Shown here: one piece after another, positions 40,001 through 54,768 of the stretch
Layout: each line of letters starts with the position of its first letter
Position numbering within the stretch: position 1 is the stretch's first letter
Assembly (NCBI GenBank): GCA_964016885.1
Contig: OZ024748.1
Coordinates: 25,606,001-25,670,000, forward strand
Direction of reading: 5' to 3'
Source: Eledone cirrhosa
Lineage: Eukaryota
DNA: 64,000 nucleotides
Made by a program: the position numbers and the translations under genes
Notes under the pieces: generated by a model
Database searches by the model: none
Seen by the model: only the letters and a program-made list of their open reading frames with translations
Told to the model about the DNA's origin: nothing

Positions 40001-41051
40001 TCAGAGTTTAATAACTCATCCACTTGAACTGGCAATTATTTCACTTATATAAGCTAACTGACTAAGGAAAAACAATTACTGCCAAGCATATGTAGAGTAG
40101 TAAGCTAGCTATATATCAACTTTCATACAAAATTATATCAAAAAGCAAGTCATAATAATAAATAGATTCCTGTACAAATACTTTGAGATTATTTTACAAA
40201 TGCAACTATTGTTCTAAGACCAACCAAGTTTGTTTAAGGTTTCATACAAATTTTCTTTTTTACAAATGCAATTATTGTTATTTTACAAATGCAATTACTA
40301 AGACAAGTTATAGCTATAATTTGTTGAAGATTTCATATGAAATATTTCTTTAAGGAAGAATATCTATGTTGATAAGATATCCACCTGTAATGATAACTGT
40401 ACAACTATTATTCAATATAATTTAATTCACATCTAAATAGAACAAGATCAATTAAGATTAAGACTTTAACTATTATGGCATAGGAATTACAAGATTTGTA
40501 AAAAAAAATTAGCAGAAATGTGCAAACATTCATTTAGATTTGACTAGAATCATTTAGAATTATTAATGATGCACAATAGGTCACAGTTATTTTAATATCC
40601 ATACTACAGAATAATCAGTTATAATAATGCAAGTATTAGTTTTAATAATTCAAACTTTTTTTTTAGATAATAATGCAGCAAAGAGAGGATGTAAGAGAGA
40701 GAGAGACTTTATGATAGTGTCTTCATAAAACATATACAATAAATATACAGAATTTGATAAAGATTACATATCTTCACAGTATAAAGACTTAGAAAATCAA
40801 AAATGATATGGGAATATTCAGATGTAGGAAAGAAGAAACATTACTGTGATTTTTTTTCTCTCTTAAAGACAATGCCATAATATAAATATAAAATAATTGT
40901 GGCCGAAATTTCAATGATTTTAACTGATGAAAAGAGAGAGGTATTAGTGGAAAGGGGAAAATGGAGATGGTGGGACTAAAATAAAAATGTATATATGATG
41001 AGGGAAGGGAAGCTGATGGATGCAGATTTCATATATGGAATGTCTGCTTAC

Positions 41052-41138
41052 ATTAAAAAGATTTGATCTCCGCCGATTTTTCCTACTCTGTGTAGGCGTA
41101 CTGCTTGGTGTGGGTAAATCTTTTCCCTCCGGTCTGTC
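41052..41138 (-). CDS. AGAP1: AGAP linker exon variant D, canonical-like (DRPEGKDLPTPSSTPTQSRKNRRRSNLFN)
   Basis: tttccag / AAT|gtaagc, 87 nt, phase 0-0. Resembles the invertebrate centaurin-gamma linker 'PTPSSTP..SRK.RRRSNLF' as recalled. Confidence 0.9.
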
Positions 41139-42333
41139 CTGGAAACGTAGTATATGTTTTATAGGTTAGTTCAGACAGCAGAGCAATATAGCTGATCCTT
41201 AGCACCTCATATACATTTTTACACAGATTTGTGCAGATCACCAAGGATTAGTAAACATTAGTTATCTCTTAAATACCACTGTAGTGACTTCAACTGGGAT
41301 AGATAGTGAAACCAGTAGCAAGCATGCATTTCTTGAAAGATTGGAATAAAACTATAAAAAGGCCCAGAATTGAGTATAACACAATATCACATGTAATAAA
41401 CAATAGATAAATAAATACAAATACAATAGTCATAATAGTTATAAGCCATGCTGTTAGAAGACAATTTCAAATGTTCATGCAGCCATATTTATATGGAACA
41501 TCAAGCAGACTGGTCAAACATGCTACCATATATGTATAGACACACCAGCTGCCAGCATTTCAGAATATTTATTACAAAGTTAAAAGAAAGGTATCATTAA
41601 AGAAATTCACCTGAAATATTTATTCAACATGGATAACAAGAATATTTTTTATGAAAACTCAGAGCCAAATGACTGCAGAGTCTCTCAAATAAAACTGATG
41701 CAGAAAGATACAGGAATTTTGTAAATTTGTGATTTTCTGTTGATCAATGTTTGAAAATAGGAATTTATAACACAAAATATATTCAATATATTGATATAAT
41801 AATAGGTATGGATTCAAGGTTTTTAGCTTAGATTTTAAAGCATCAAACTAATAGTGGAAAAGAGAGAAAGAAAACAAAACACTTAAGTTGTTTGCATAAG
41901 TTATGTCTTAAGATAGATCAAGTAAACACTGATTTTATATTTTGTGTGTAAAACCAGAGAACTTTTAGCATTAAGAAAAATGTTAGGTTTATGGAGTAGA
42001 TAAAAATGAGGTTTTCTGATGAGCATACCTTTCTCAATGACATTAAAGGACATATATGGAGTGAAATAGCTTCAACTGGTTTCCACACACACACATACAC
42101 ATGCACACACATATACATGTACACAAAGATACTTGTTGTGCATGCAATAATTTGAAAATGTAAAAAGTAAAAACTGAATAGAAAAAACTGAATAATTGAT
42201 AGTCTTCAGTTTAAAACTGTTACAAACTATTTTCTTCATCTCTCAAAAGAATCAAGACAAAGGTAAAATACCCAGTCCATGGTGAAGTGGAAAAATGAAA
42301 TGTGAAAGATTAACGTGTAAACTATATATATAT

Positions 42334-42394
<61 letters not shown>

Positions 42395-43201
42395 ATGTGC
42401 ATCATACAATAATAATAAATTTGAAAGACAAGTTATGCATCTAATGAGTTACTTGGAAAAGAAAAAAAAATGTATATTTATAGCAGAGTATTGTCAAATT
42501 ACACGATTGTCAGATCACACAATATATTTGGATGATTACATTATGTAAATATAAGTTTATGTTCTAGAAGTTTGATAGCTAATTAGTGAGCCAGCCTAGT
42601 AATATTTCATAAATTTGAAAGATGTTACCTTTTAATATATAATGAATGAATGTATATATAATTGTTGTCCAATAGGAAGGACTAAATTATAAAAATTCAA
42701 ACCACAAACTAAACTGGAAATATAACATCATAAAAGCAATAATTTGTCATCCTTAAATAAATAAGAGTTGGTTGGCTGAGTTGAATAAGTCTGGAGTATT
42801 GAAAACTGAAGGATAATGTAAAGCTGCAAAAGTAGAAGTTCATATTTTGTAAATATCAAATATTTCAGAAAACTATTAATAAAAAAAATAGATAAATAAA
42901 TAAATAAAAATAAGAGTATACAAATGGAAAAAAAATGTTGAATTTCTTATATCGTTTTGTTTATATAGGTAAACAGCACCCCTATCACTAAATTACTAAT
43001 GAAATTTTAAAAATTAAAAAACTTTTTTTTATTCTCAGAACCTAGACATTATAGCAATATCCAAATATTTTACTAGGTTAACCTGAAAGCATATTTTGTA
43101 GACATTTTCTAAAGTAATATTTTCATTTTTTTTATAAATTAAAAAAAATATATATTTTGATACTTTTTAGAAATTGGCTTTTGTCAGAAATATTTTTATA
43201 T

Positions 43202-43420
43202 TTAACTCTTAACATCCTGTACCACATGAAACCTCATGTACAACAAGGCATTCTTGAAAACTACAAAACAGCATTATGACTGCATTGCATGAACAATTGA
43301 AGCCTTTGGTTTACTGAAAATTTTCAAAACAATCTGTCGCCTAAGACACAATAAACATTTGAATTAACAAACTAGTTTTTAAACATTTTCTGCTCAATCA
43401 TTATAGGATGTTAAAATTTA
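43202..43420. mobile_element. ~215-bp MITE with TTAA-CTCTTAACATCCTGTA termini
   Basis: Imperfect TIRs. Family copies at 1629-2500 (nested and interrupted), 20948-21210, 25100-25327 and 60544-60760. Confidence 0.75.
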
Positions 43421-44119
43421 AAGTAATAATTCTTTTTTATAAGTTTTTTACAGCTTTTAGAAATGGACTTTTGTCAAAAATATTTTAATATTTAAAGAAA
43501 TGAGTTTAAAATATATATAATCTTATATAAAACCAATAAAACTAGATAATTTATATATTTGGATTGTTGCTATGTAAAACATATTTAATTTTTAATTATA
43601 AAAGACTGGCTCTGAGAAGGAAAAAAAAACTTTTAATTTTTAATTAAGTGAAGAAAAGAACAAATTAGGTGCATTTTTCAATGTCTACAACAATGCAGAG
43701 TGGTCCCTTGTCAATTAAAATGGCGTTGCAAGTGTCTGCATATTCCAGAATAAAATCAAATCTAAGATCTAGCATAACGAAATATAAAAATTTTCATTGT
43801 GAAAGATTTTCATTGTGAAAGATTTTCATAACCAATAAACAGGTCAAGGCATCAAATTCAGTTTCTTTATTCTTCCTACAATTTTGATTAACAGATATCA
43901 AATAAAAAAAAATAATAAAAAAAATAAAAAAAAGGAAACTCCTTGAATGCCTGATAATCTACAAGTGTATGAAGATGTGGCATTTACAACTAAATTTCCT
44001 ACAATGTATTTCTGATAAACATCATATCTAATTCTGAACCACAGCAAAAGATGAATAAATGAAGGTAAATATTACTAAGATTGAAGCTATTTGAAATGGA
44101 ATATCACCATTGGTATTAG

Positions 44120-44224
44120 TGTTGCTTCGATAAGTCGGCAGATGATTAGTATCAACCATATCGGCCATTAAAACAATGCTGATCAATCAGTAATCGGCCA
44201 AATTACTTATCAGTGCATCCCTTA
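44120..44224. mobile_element. Possible hAT-type non-autonomous DNA transposon end
   Basis: Repeated atcggc subterminal motifs ending tatcagtgcatccct. Confidence 0.45.
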
Positions 44225-45173
44225 GGGATATATTTGTAAAACTATTCTAAAAACAAACTGTATGTTTACATTTTAATGTTTTTAGCAATGTCAACTTCAT
44301 AAAAATGAAAAGATCGTATGATAATAAAGACAGAGCTGGCAGGCAGAACTGACAGACAGCTAGCTAATTTGGCGGAAAGATAATAACAATTTCCTACATA
44401 TGAGAAAAAGAAAATTCAGATATCTAGTTAGGGGGAAATATATGATATGTCAACAAGAAAATAATGAGAAAAAGGAAGTAAAGAGAATAAGTTAGGCAAA
44501 AGTAATAACTTTAGAGAGCAGAGTAATTTAATATTCAAAGAGAAAAATGAGCTGAAAAAAAGGGAGAAAAAAGAACAACTATTCTACCCAATTGTCAAAG
44601 TCAAACTCAACATGTATGGATATGAAATAAGATTCACTTTAAGAGAATATGTTTAGATGGGGAAAATTACTAACACAAATGTTTTGTTTCTCAATCTTTA
44701 ACAAAACTTGAATCTACTTGTGAGGAACGTGTGCAAAGTTAGTAATTCAAAGATGTTAAATTCCTTGAAATTAAATTAGTTAGTTCAGTCTATACCATTT
44801 TCTCAATGAATTTTGCTTCATGTTGACCACGACTAAAGCAGTCAAGGTTGGTATTTAAGCAGTGTTTCTCTGAAGCCAGTTTTTTTAAAATAGTTATTAT
44901 AGTTACCTCCCTTTACACTCTCTAAAAGTTATATTTATTTACAGTTAAATTCTAAATTACCTGCCCTTGAAGAACTCATGTAATTTTTAAAAACCTCAAA
45001 TCATTCTGTGGATGTAGCCATTTTCTTTTTATATAACAAGCTAAATTAGTTGGAGTTTATAACCCAACGAAACTTAAGTACCTGTATATGTCACTGTTGT
45101 AACTAATTATACTTAACTCGGTCCTATGGACTGAGTGCTCTTACCCGTGGATATTTCTACCAAACATATACTA

Positions 45174-45232
<59 letters not shown>

Positions 45233-45894
45233 TAACTTTTCTGCTCGACTCCTCACATTGTCTATGCAGTCTGTACAAAGCCCTTTCAAAATCAAAATCA
45301 AAATATTTGTTGCCACTCTGAAACAACAAATTCTTTCTATTTTATCTTTTGGTGCTGATCGAGGCCATTCCAGATTTATCGATTCATGTTTCTTTGGGGC
45401 AATGATGATAAAATGATATATATATGCCCTACCCATGCTAATGTGGAAAATGGACACTAAACAATGATAATTATATATATATATATAGTAATAATAATAA
45501 TAAATGTGAAGACTAAAATCCGAAGAGGGCTCAATAAGGATAAATATATATCAATATATATATAAAGAGAAAAGAGGGGAAAATATTAAAGCCTAAATAA
45601 AAAGTCACTGCAGTGGTTTATGATGAAGGATCAATTAAACATATTCAAAGGAAAATGTGATATTTTAATAAATTTATATACAGATGATGATTATATTCTG
45701 ATCTTTATTACCATATTTCTAATGAAAGGCACTGCCTATGATTTTCCAACCATTTTGAAAATAATCATAAATCTGGAGGAATTCAATAATATAACTAACT
45801 TTCTTATGATTAAACTGGCATTAGGAACATAAATATTTTTATATAAAATTATGAAGGGCAGTTTATAGTTTTATAGATAAAAGTAAACACTTTA

Positions 45895-46141
45895 AAATAA
45901 ACAGTTATGTCTCATAGAACCTGGGATAATTTATATACAGTTTTGTTCCATAGAACCTGGGATAGTTTATATACAGTTATGTTCCACATAGAACCTGGAT
46001 AGTTTATAAACAGTTATGTTCCATAGAACCTGGGATAGTTTATAAACAGTTTTGTTCTATAGAACCTGGGATAGTTTATAAACAGTTTTGTTCTATAGAA
46101 CCTGGGATAGTTTATAAACAGTTTTCTATCATAAAACCTGG
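45895..46141. repeat. 36-bp minisatellite, about 6-7 units
   Basis: Unit atagaacctgggatagtttataaacagttttgttcy; no spacers. Confidence 0.95.
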
Positions 46142-47205
46142 TGCAGCTTCAAGTAGTTTTGAATCAAAATGACTGACACCAGTGATGCACAGAGACTTTC
46201 AGAAGATAGTCTACAAAATTCACAAGGAAAAAATACATAGATCACCCAATGTAAATCTACTTTTAATTGCATTATGCAACATAGTAGGACAAAGATATTT
46301 CAATTAAGAAGTTACCTAGGTAATTGTATAAGATACTGATTTAGATTTTAAACAGTCTCATGTAAAATAGTGACTTTCTTGGTCTCATGGAACTCACTGT
46401 AGATCACCAAAGTTTGGCCATGCTGTGCATTAGAGTTTTATACAATTAGTTAGCCATAGTTAAAGGGTTGTATTGAAAATTCTTAATATTAAAAAATGTT
46501 AAATAAAGAAAGTGAAATATTCTTCATAATTTTGCTTTTAACTTTCCTCTTTCTGCATTGGTATGCATGTGTACATGTGCTTGTACACAAATGCATGTAT
46601 GCATTCATGCAATTGTATTGTATGCCCTTACATATGATATCTAAATTACTAATTGCTATTTATGTCGATACAATCTGTAATTGGTGCAGGAAGAAATGAA
46701 TTTACCAATGAAAGAATTAATGCCTTTATATTTTTTCTGAAATGAAATTCTAATAATTTTGGGGTAAAATGAGAAAAGGAATCAAGTCAATAATATAATG
46801 ATGATGGCAGAGCAATGTTCAGGGTTGAGCTAGCTCATGCAAAGGTTTTGTTTTGAGGCAGCACACACTCACAAGCAGACACTTAGTTGACATGGTTCAC
46901 TCCTGATGCAATTTGTTTTGTTGCTCTTCTGAGCCACAATGATTCAACTTGAGCCTCTAATGAGGAGGGATGATAAAGAGATGTTTTGACAGGGGGCGCT
47001 GTTTACTAATCAGCCTACATGCACAATTTTTCAACAGCACGTTTATTGGTATTGATGATTGGTCTAAGCAAGTCTCTACCATGGACAGGGATGGACAATT
47101 ACTTGGGTGGCTATTGGTCGAACAAGTGGCAATATCAAGAGGCAAGGTTTTTGTGACTGCATTAACAGACATATGATGACCAACAGATGGAGGAGAGACA
47201 CTTAC

Positions 47206-47307
47206 TATGACCAGGCTGGAGCGGACTTGTGCCATTCTAGTCAGAAGAGGCGTGAATGGACTACTGTTGTGTATACTGAAATCCATCATAAACTTATCCA
47301 TTTTACC
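47206..47307 (-). CDS. AGAP1: AGAP linker exon variant C (GKMDKFMMDFSIHNSSPFTPLLTRMAQVRSSLVI)
   Basis: ctgac branch-like site, cctttgtag acceptor, ATA|gtaagt donor, 102 nt, phase 0-0. TP, R, RS and L sit at the same distance from the donor as in variant D. Confidence 0.7.
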
Positions 47308-47838
47308 CTACAAAGGATGAGCAGTCAGATTCATGAAACAACATGCTAACAACTAAAATCGAAGTAGAATTGTATATAAGCATTAATTCACTAGCAACAG
47401 ACCACAACAGAATTGAATATCAATATTAACTTCTGCTTTTCTTGTTCAACTGAAATGTAGATGGATTAGAATAAAGAAAAAAAAAAATGAAAGAAAAAAA
47501 AACAAAGAAAAACGTAGCAACTATAAAAATGGCAAAATGAATAAAATAGTTTGAAGAAAATAAATTAAAAAATTTTTTTTAGATAGATTGATACAATAAG
47601 AACTCTAAAGAGAAGAGCTACTTAACATGTATTTTATAATATATTAAAATATCTAAATATTTAATCATTTAATCAATGATCGTGGCATATCATTTCAGCT
47701 GTCAAGCTGAATTGAAGAGAGGGAATTTGATATGTTCAAAAGGGTATTGACAATCATGATTATCTCTTTCTTGTTTTGTTGGACACCTTGCACCATTATA
47801 TGAATCTCTCCATCCCACCGTCGCAGTAATGAAATGAT

Positions 47839-47879
<41 letters not shown>

Positions 47880-48289
47880 CACAGATATATATGTGTATGT
47901 GTGTGAGTGGAAATCATATTATATCTGTTTCGTAAACATCTATCTATTCTGTCTACAAAAATATAACCTGTAGTTGAACCAGGCGAGAGATGGAGCAGCA
48001 AAAGGTAAAGAGCGTTTCACTAGGTTAATATTTCTTAACTAGTCTTCAAGTATCATCTATTTCACCACTTAACAACACTGGCTATCTCTCTTATGAAAAC
48101 TAAACAATTAGTGATGGTGGGATGGAGAGATTTATATAATGGCGCAAGGTGTCCAAATGGAACTTTGTATATACATACACGAATATGTTTATATACACAT
48201 AGACATATACATACACACACATAATAAAGTGTGTATATATATATATATATATATATGGTTATGCACACTAAATTCTTCATAGAATTCAT

Positions 48290-49090
48290 TGCTGGCTGTC
48301 ACATTGCTAACTATGCCTCTATACATCGTTTCTATGGCCCTCACAAGTCCTTTGGCTATTTTAATGCATTTCCCTTGCACAACACTTTCTCTATTCTGTC
48401 CACTGGGACATCAGGTTGGCTTGTGTCTGGCGTTCTACACATCAAAGGATGTTCACTGACACAGTTTGGTCTTACGTCATTGGGGTAGCAATGATTCAGC
48501 CTTTCTCATATTTTTGTTAACGCACACACCATATACATAAAAGCATACTTATCACAGGAAAAAAAACAACTATTGTTACTAATCTGCTTAACTCTAGTTT
48601 CCTTAGCAACCAAAAGATTACAGAGTATACAACCCCCGTCAAACACCTTCTCCAGATCATTGGAGGCTGAGTATAGGGGACTTATTCTTAGTTGAGTACT
48701 TCAGTGAATGTCTCGGAAGGAAAATGGCACAAAGCTAAACTGCATCGCATCAAAGTTAATTCTGTTTCTAATCAATTTTCATTGTGAGTGACTAACCCTT
48801 GTTCTATTCTGCTAGACATATTAATCCTTTCAGTAACATCCGCTGATCAATCAGCTGCCTTCTCTGTCGTTATGTTCTTAATTACACTTGTTATCATAAT
48901 ACTGTAAACTGGTCTCTCTGCTAAGTCTATTTGGGGTAGACCTTTTGTCCCCCATGAATCCTCTTTATTAAAAAACCACTTGTAATAAGAACTTTCAAAC
49001 TCCTTTCTTTTGTTGTCAATAAAACTAAGTGTATCGCTATGGACCCCTATAAAACTTCCCTCCAATAATGTTGTAACTTTCTCTGTCACT
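48290..49090 (-). mobile_element. Old RTE remnants, discontinuous
   Basis: Peptides LVRAIETMY...EEFSV and 'LPQID...P.....I...IK....KAA' resemble the 29643 ORF. Confidence 0.6.
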
Positions 49091-49174
49091 ACCTACCAAC
49101 TGAGAATGCTGAGAATGAAAGGTATTCCCTTTTCTTTTAGCTGGCAGACCTTTTTTTTTATTTTTGGTAACATG

Positions 49175-49360
49175 AAAACCACCACACCACTGGCAAAAAG
49201 GATCTATCAGCTAAAAAAAGGGGAATACCTCATGACATCACATGGAAAGTGCTCGAAAAGTCAACACCGCATAAAAAATGCTCGCTCTGCCTAAGTGAGA
49301 AATTCACCGGATATTTACCTAAACTCAAAGACAGAAATCTTCAGGTCATGTTTACACCAA
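49175..49360 (+). mobile_element. Degenerate Penelope-like GIY-YIG C-terminal remnant
   Basis: Frameshifted peptides T.LAKRIYQLK and ITWKVLEKS...KCSLCLSEK. Confidence 0.6.
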
Positions 49361-50840
49361 AAATCCCAATTTTTATCAAACTAGAAGCCCACACCGCAAG
49401 ACACCATCACACGAGACCTCCTGGACACTACTTATCTCTAGTACCCCTCAACAAGCAAACCACACACATACACAGATTGGCGAATTGTTGAAAGAGACAT
49501 TAACATTACAGCATCACACTGCAACCAACAACCACACAAACATGCAACCTTATACACTTCAGAACTTAAAAATTGGTGAAACACTAATAAAGACACAAAT
49601 TCGAGTGAATACGCGTGTTTGTGCATCTATATCTATATATGTCTGTGTGTGTGTGTGTATATGAATACATAACTACACATACAGTTGTGTGCAAAGTTAT
49701 ACATGCATGAGCACACGTTTGCACACTAATCCATGTCTACCCTTTAAATCGCAATAATTTCTTATGTGTGTGTCCATTTATATGCAACTTCTTAACTTAA
49801 TCCTTTTAGCAGTCAACGAAGTACCCATAATTTCATGAGTCTCCTCCCTTTACTTGGTGGACAGAATAGCCCCAGAAATTTTTTATAAATTGGTACAAAG
49901 ACAGATTTCAAACCAGGGTTGTCTCCCTTGTTTCAAATATAAGTCTCTACCATTTGGAGAAAGTTTTAGTCGAAGGACAACAGCTCTTATTCATATTTTT
50001 GTCCACTCGCTTGAAGGAAAGGCCAGTATAAAAGTGCCTCCACCATTATACAGTGCTAGCCATGACTGGACCCCAAAACCAATGGTAGCACATACATGTT
50101 AAGTGTATGAAACTTTGTTTATACGAAATAAGCTCTCTTCCGACAGATTGAACACTGTTTTCCTTGATCTACAGAGTTCTACCAACATGTGTATATATAT
50201 ATAAAATTAAACTCAACAAAGATTCAACAAACTGGGAACTTGCTGAAGAAGTAATCTAAGATAATAATTTGACATACCACAATTTCAATGGCAAAAAATA
50301 AATTATGTAAAGAATAATTACAGAAAGAAAATATAAGAATAAAATAAATTTTTTTAAAAATCAAATGAACTAATTTAATGAATGTGAATTTATAAATGAC
50401 AAATTTTACTAGAGGCATGGATTATTATATAATTATTATTATTAACCTGTGCAAAAGACTGGCTTACATAGTCCATAGCTGCCATGCTCTAATAATAATG
50501 AAAAGATATTTTTTAAATCTAGTCTGATGCTTTCCAGTTTATATATATTAAAAACAAGAGAAGGGTGGACTGGAAACATTCTTTAAAGTTTTAATGTTGC
50601 GAAAACACTATACGTATTTCAATTGCTTAGTTTAATTTATTGCATCATGGTTTACTTCACAACATTAAAAGTATGTTTCCAAATAAATAACTCCATTCTT
50701 GCACCAGCCACTGGATACCACATCTACGATGGATGACTTACATAATGTCAAATGCTTTAATTTAATGCATCATCGTTTACTAGCTGAATTGACCAGTTGT
50801 ACCCACTGGTAAACCACGCAACATAAATGGTGTATGTATA

Positions 50841-50874
<34 letters not shown>

Positions 50875-53800
50875 CAGAACTAATAAAAGAGTACAAAATA
50901 TGAGCATGAGAGAAAATCAAAACTTATGAGTCTAAAGATTTTGTCAAAAAGACAATTTTAGACATTAAAGTCAATCAACATTTTGATTTTTAGTTTATAG
51001 AAGGTACCCCAATTATGATTTGATAAGGTGGAAAACAATTAAATGTAGATCTCTGAAAAACCAGTAGTCTATGATGAAGTCGACAGAGGACATAAAAGAT
51101 ATAGACTATACAAGACAAATCATAAACACTATAACATATTTTACAAAACTTATACAGATTGACTTTAGTTTGTTTAGAAAATATACATTCACATCTTCAT
51201 TAAATCTGATAGATTAGTTAATAATAAAAATGAAGGCAGGCGCAGGAATAAAAATATGCTCTCATAACTTTTAAACTTAAATATTCTTTTCAAATATCTT
51301 TAAAATTCAACCAAAAATGAAAAACAAAAGCAAAAATTACCAAAATATTTAAATGAAAATTCTATTTACAGTGTATATAGTTGATGAAAATATTTACAGC
51401 AGTAGGAGAGACAAAGGGGTGAATTGTACAGGGATGTATTGTGCTGTTAGTAAATTATTCAGGAGGAATTCTCCAGATATCCCTTACAAGATATTGAAAT
51501 TATAACTTCCTATTATCCATATGGTTTTTGTTCTTTTTTTCTTTTATAATAATCAACTATAGTCTAAGAGGTTATTATTCCACCTAAATAACAATTTACT
51601 ACAGGCCAAATTTATGTAAAACTTGTCTGTATGCAATAGTCTTTAAATTATCTGCTTATATTTATCAAAATAAGTTGAGGAATACTGTAGAGACAAAGGA
51701 GATAACTGAAATCTATTTTTTTGTTGTTTTATTATCATTGTTAAACAGCTTATATTAACATTTTAGCTCACACAATGTAAATAAAATTGTCAGTGAAGAA
51801 AGTAAAAGAAACATTTTAGGGGTCAGTGAGAAACGAATGAAATGTAGGCACAAAATATTGTTGAACATCAATAGGTAATTCATATTTTCTTTAAAGATTT
51901 AAAAAAAATCTAATAAAGACAGGTGTATACTTCATGTAGATATGTATCTAAAAACACGCGCGCACGAACATAAATTTGTAGATGTATAAGTGGAAAATAT
52001 TTAATTGAAATGGGGAAAATCCCACAATAAAACTGAAAGAAAAGGAACACAAAGTGAAACCATGATCTTGTTATGTAAAAAAAAAAAAAAAAATTAGTTA
52101 CCAAATATTGAATATTCTGATATATTAGTTACTATATATGATATATGTCAATGGTAGAGAGTTGGAAATAAATACAGTGAAATGATACACAGATTTATTT
52201 TAGGTATTACTTAGTGAAGGAGGAAGAAACAGGAAGGTAACAGTAAAGGGTTGATTGAATACTTCTTACATTGGCAACACAGGGACCTTCATGCAACCAT
52301 CATCAATAAAGGTAACTAGGAGTAAAAACAGGGTGAAGAAAACCTAGAATGCAATAAGATAAGTTTTACAAACAGGGTGAATTAGAGAAGGCTACCTTTG
52401 TTGATGTATTTCCATTCTTATTGGAATTGAAATATAGTATTAAAAAAAAAAATTAAATGATCATGTGAAAAAATGTAACCTTTATATGTCCTAATGTTTA
52501 AAAATACTTTATATTATCTTGAGGGAATGGAAGAGAAAATATTTTGCTTTACACATTCTACTCAGTAGAAAACTTATACCAATACACTGTTAAACTGAAT
52601 GTCGGTGTACAAAATTTATTCCAAACTTCATATAAAATATTCAAATGCCAGGATGAAAAAAATCCATGCTAAAATATTCTATTTTAAACACAATAAAAAT
52701 CTGAAAATTCAAATAAAATATCTTACAGTATATTAACATAGAGTAAGTATATTTGAAATGGTATATGTTATAAAAATTAAATAATGATGAGAAAAAACTC
52801 ATGATAAATGTAATGTTAAGATTTTTCGAACTAATATGACTTCAGCAACACTTTTTTCCAAGCTATATCTAAGGAAAGCAACACATGCAGAATATTTAAG
52901 GAACAACCTTTGCATAAAAAGCAGTAATAATTCCATGTCAATTCCATTAACTATAAAATAAAGTTATTCATCAACTGAAAAGGATTAACCATCAATAACT
53001 GATGCCAGTTTTAGCCACAATAAGTATTGCCTAAGAATGAAGATTGTGGAAACAAGTTCTAAAGCTGGATCTTTAACATATGAGGAAATATAGTTCAGCC
53101 ATATAAAGATCAATGTATCAATGTAGCGTTGCAGAGTCTATAATGGTCTCCATGATTTAAAAAAAAGAAAAAAATGCTAAAAAGTACCAATTCCAGTTTA
53201 TTAGAAAACTTTGATATGAATTAGGGTTTAAGTGCTATTATAACAATACACTAATTAACAGAGTATTTGTCAACCTAATCGCAGGGTTTCATTTAATAAA
53301 GTGCGTCAAACATGTAATTTATGTCATGGTGTATGCATATATATTATATATTTCCATGCTAATGAGGACCTGGAGACAATACCAGAATGTCTTCTTTTCT
53401 TTTTTTTGTTACCTATTATCACCAAAGAGTTGCAATGGCCATCCAAAAGGGTAGCCCCATCATATACTAGCATTATTTATCGTCTACTAAACTAATTAGT
53501 AGTCACATATCAATGATTCAACTCTTCAATAATAATAAGTTGAATTATATTAATATATGTATAATATATTTTAATCATATGATGTTTTAGAAAAATTGCA
53601 GAAAAGTTCAAATTAAGTTAAATGAGGAGTGCCATAATAAAGTTTACGGAACTAAACAAATGAATTCAATGGATGAAGTATGTAGGAATCAAAACACAGA
53701 AGGAAAAATATCAAGTTCTTAATTAAAAAAAGGTAAAGAATAAAGAAAATTATATTGGAGAGAAAGAAATAAGTTAATGAGAAAAGTAAATCCCTCAATG

Positions 53801-54411
53801 TCAAGGGTGGTTGTCATATTGACATGATGAAATAAAAGAATGAAAGGTATTTAATATCAAAAATAAATAATCTAGTTTTAGTTGTTGTTGTTGTTGTTGT
53901 TGTTTTAAGTAGCAAATTTTGATTTAGTATTGAAGGAACAAGAAAAATGAAAACAGCATTAAAATGCTAATGAATCATCTGAACAAACTGTTTATAAACA
54001 ATTAATAAAACTTGCAAGATAGTTAATAAAGTATATTTTCTCCTTTAATGTAGCAAATGAATACTAGTAATATTTATTAAGTAATGATGGTAAAACCACA
54101 ATGACAAAGGGGGTATAGTCTTTGTGAGATGTGAAATAAAAGGGTGTTATGAAAATCTGACCAGAATGTCTTCTGGAAAAGCAAGTTTGAAGTATAAAAT
54201 ATTGAATAAAAATGTAAAAGGAATTATCAATAAAGTATAACATGGGGATTATATATATATATATATAATATATATATATATAATATAAACCAACTGTAGA
54301 GAAGGATCCCATTTTGAATCTGCTATGGATTTAAATAGTGCATTGTTGTGTGAAGACAAAGAGGAATTAGTACAGAATAGGATGATGACTAGCTTTCTAA
54401 GTGGGACTTAC

Positions 54412-54498
54412 AGTCAAAGAGTTAGATTTGATTTTGTTTTTCCAACCGAGAATAGGAGTGCTTGATGGAGTGGGTGGCTGCCTTAAGTCACTTGCACC
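54412..54498 (-). CDS. AGAP1: AGAP linker exon variant B (GASDLRQPPTPSSTPILGWKNKIKSNSLT)
   Basis: Strong U-tract + ctgcag, ACT|gtaagt, 87 nt (same length as variant D). 11 of 29 residues identical to D without gaps. Confidence 0.87.
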
Positions 54499-54523
54499 CT
54501 GCAGAAACAAAAATAAAACAAAG

Positions 54524-54529
54524 CATGCA
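54524..54529 (-). promoter_or_regulatory. UGCAUG motif 26 nt upstream of variant B
   Basis: Abuts the polypyrimidine tract. Confidence 0.55.
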
Positions 54530-54737
54530 CCATGAACAGCAAAAAATGACGAATATGAAAGATGGGAGAAAGAAAAGAAAAGGGTGGGATGCAGGTAGGA
54601 AGAAAAAACAATGAGTTACATGAATCATGGATTACTGCAATGGTGGGTTTGAGAAAAAAAAAAATAAAAATAAAAATAAGGTGCTGAGATTAAATTTGAA
54701 TTATGTCTGATTTCTTCAGCTTATTCAAAACTTTTCT

Positions 54738-54768
<31 letters not shown>

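Noticed and set aside
45895-46141. 36-bp repeat resembling a CRISPR array
   Set aside because: The units are contiguous with no spacers, the context is eukaryotic, and no cas genes are present.
52270-52343. Possible exon ending AAT|gtaaga
   Set aside because: 74 or 46 nt, frame-shifting or stop-containing, with no similarity to the variants.
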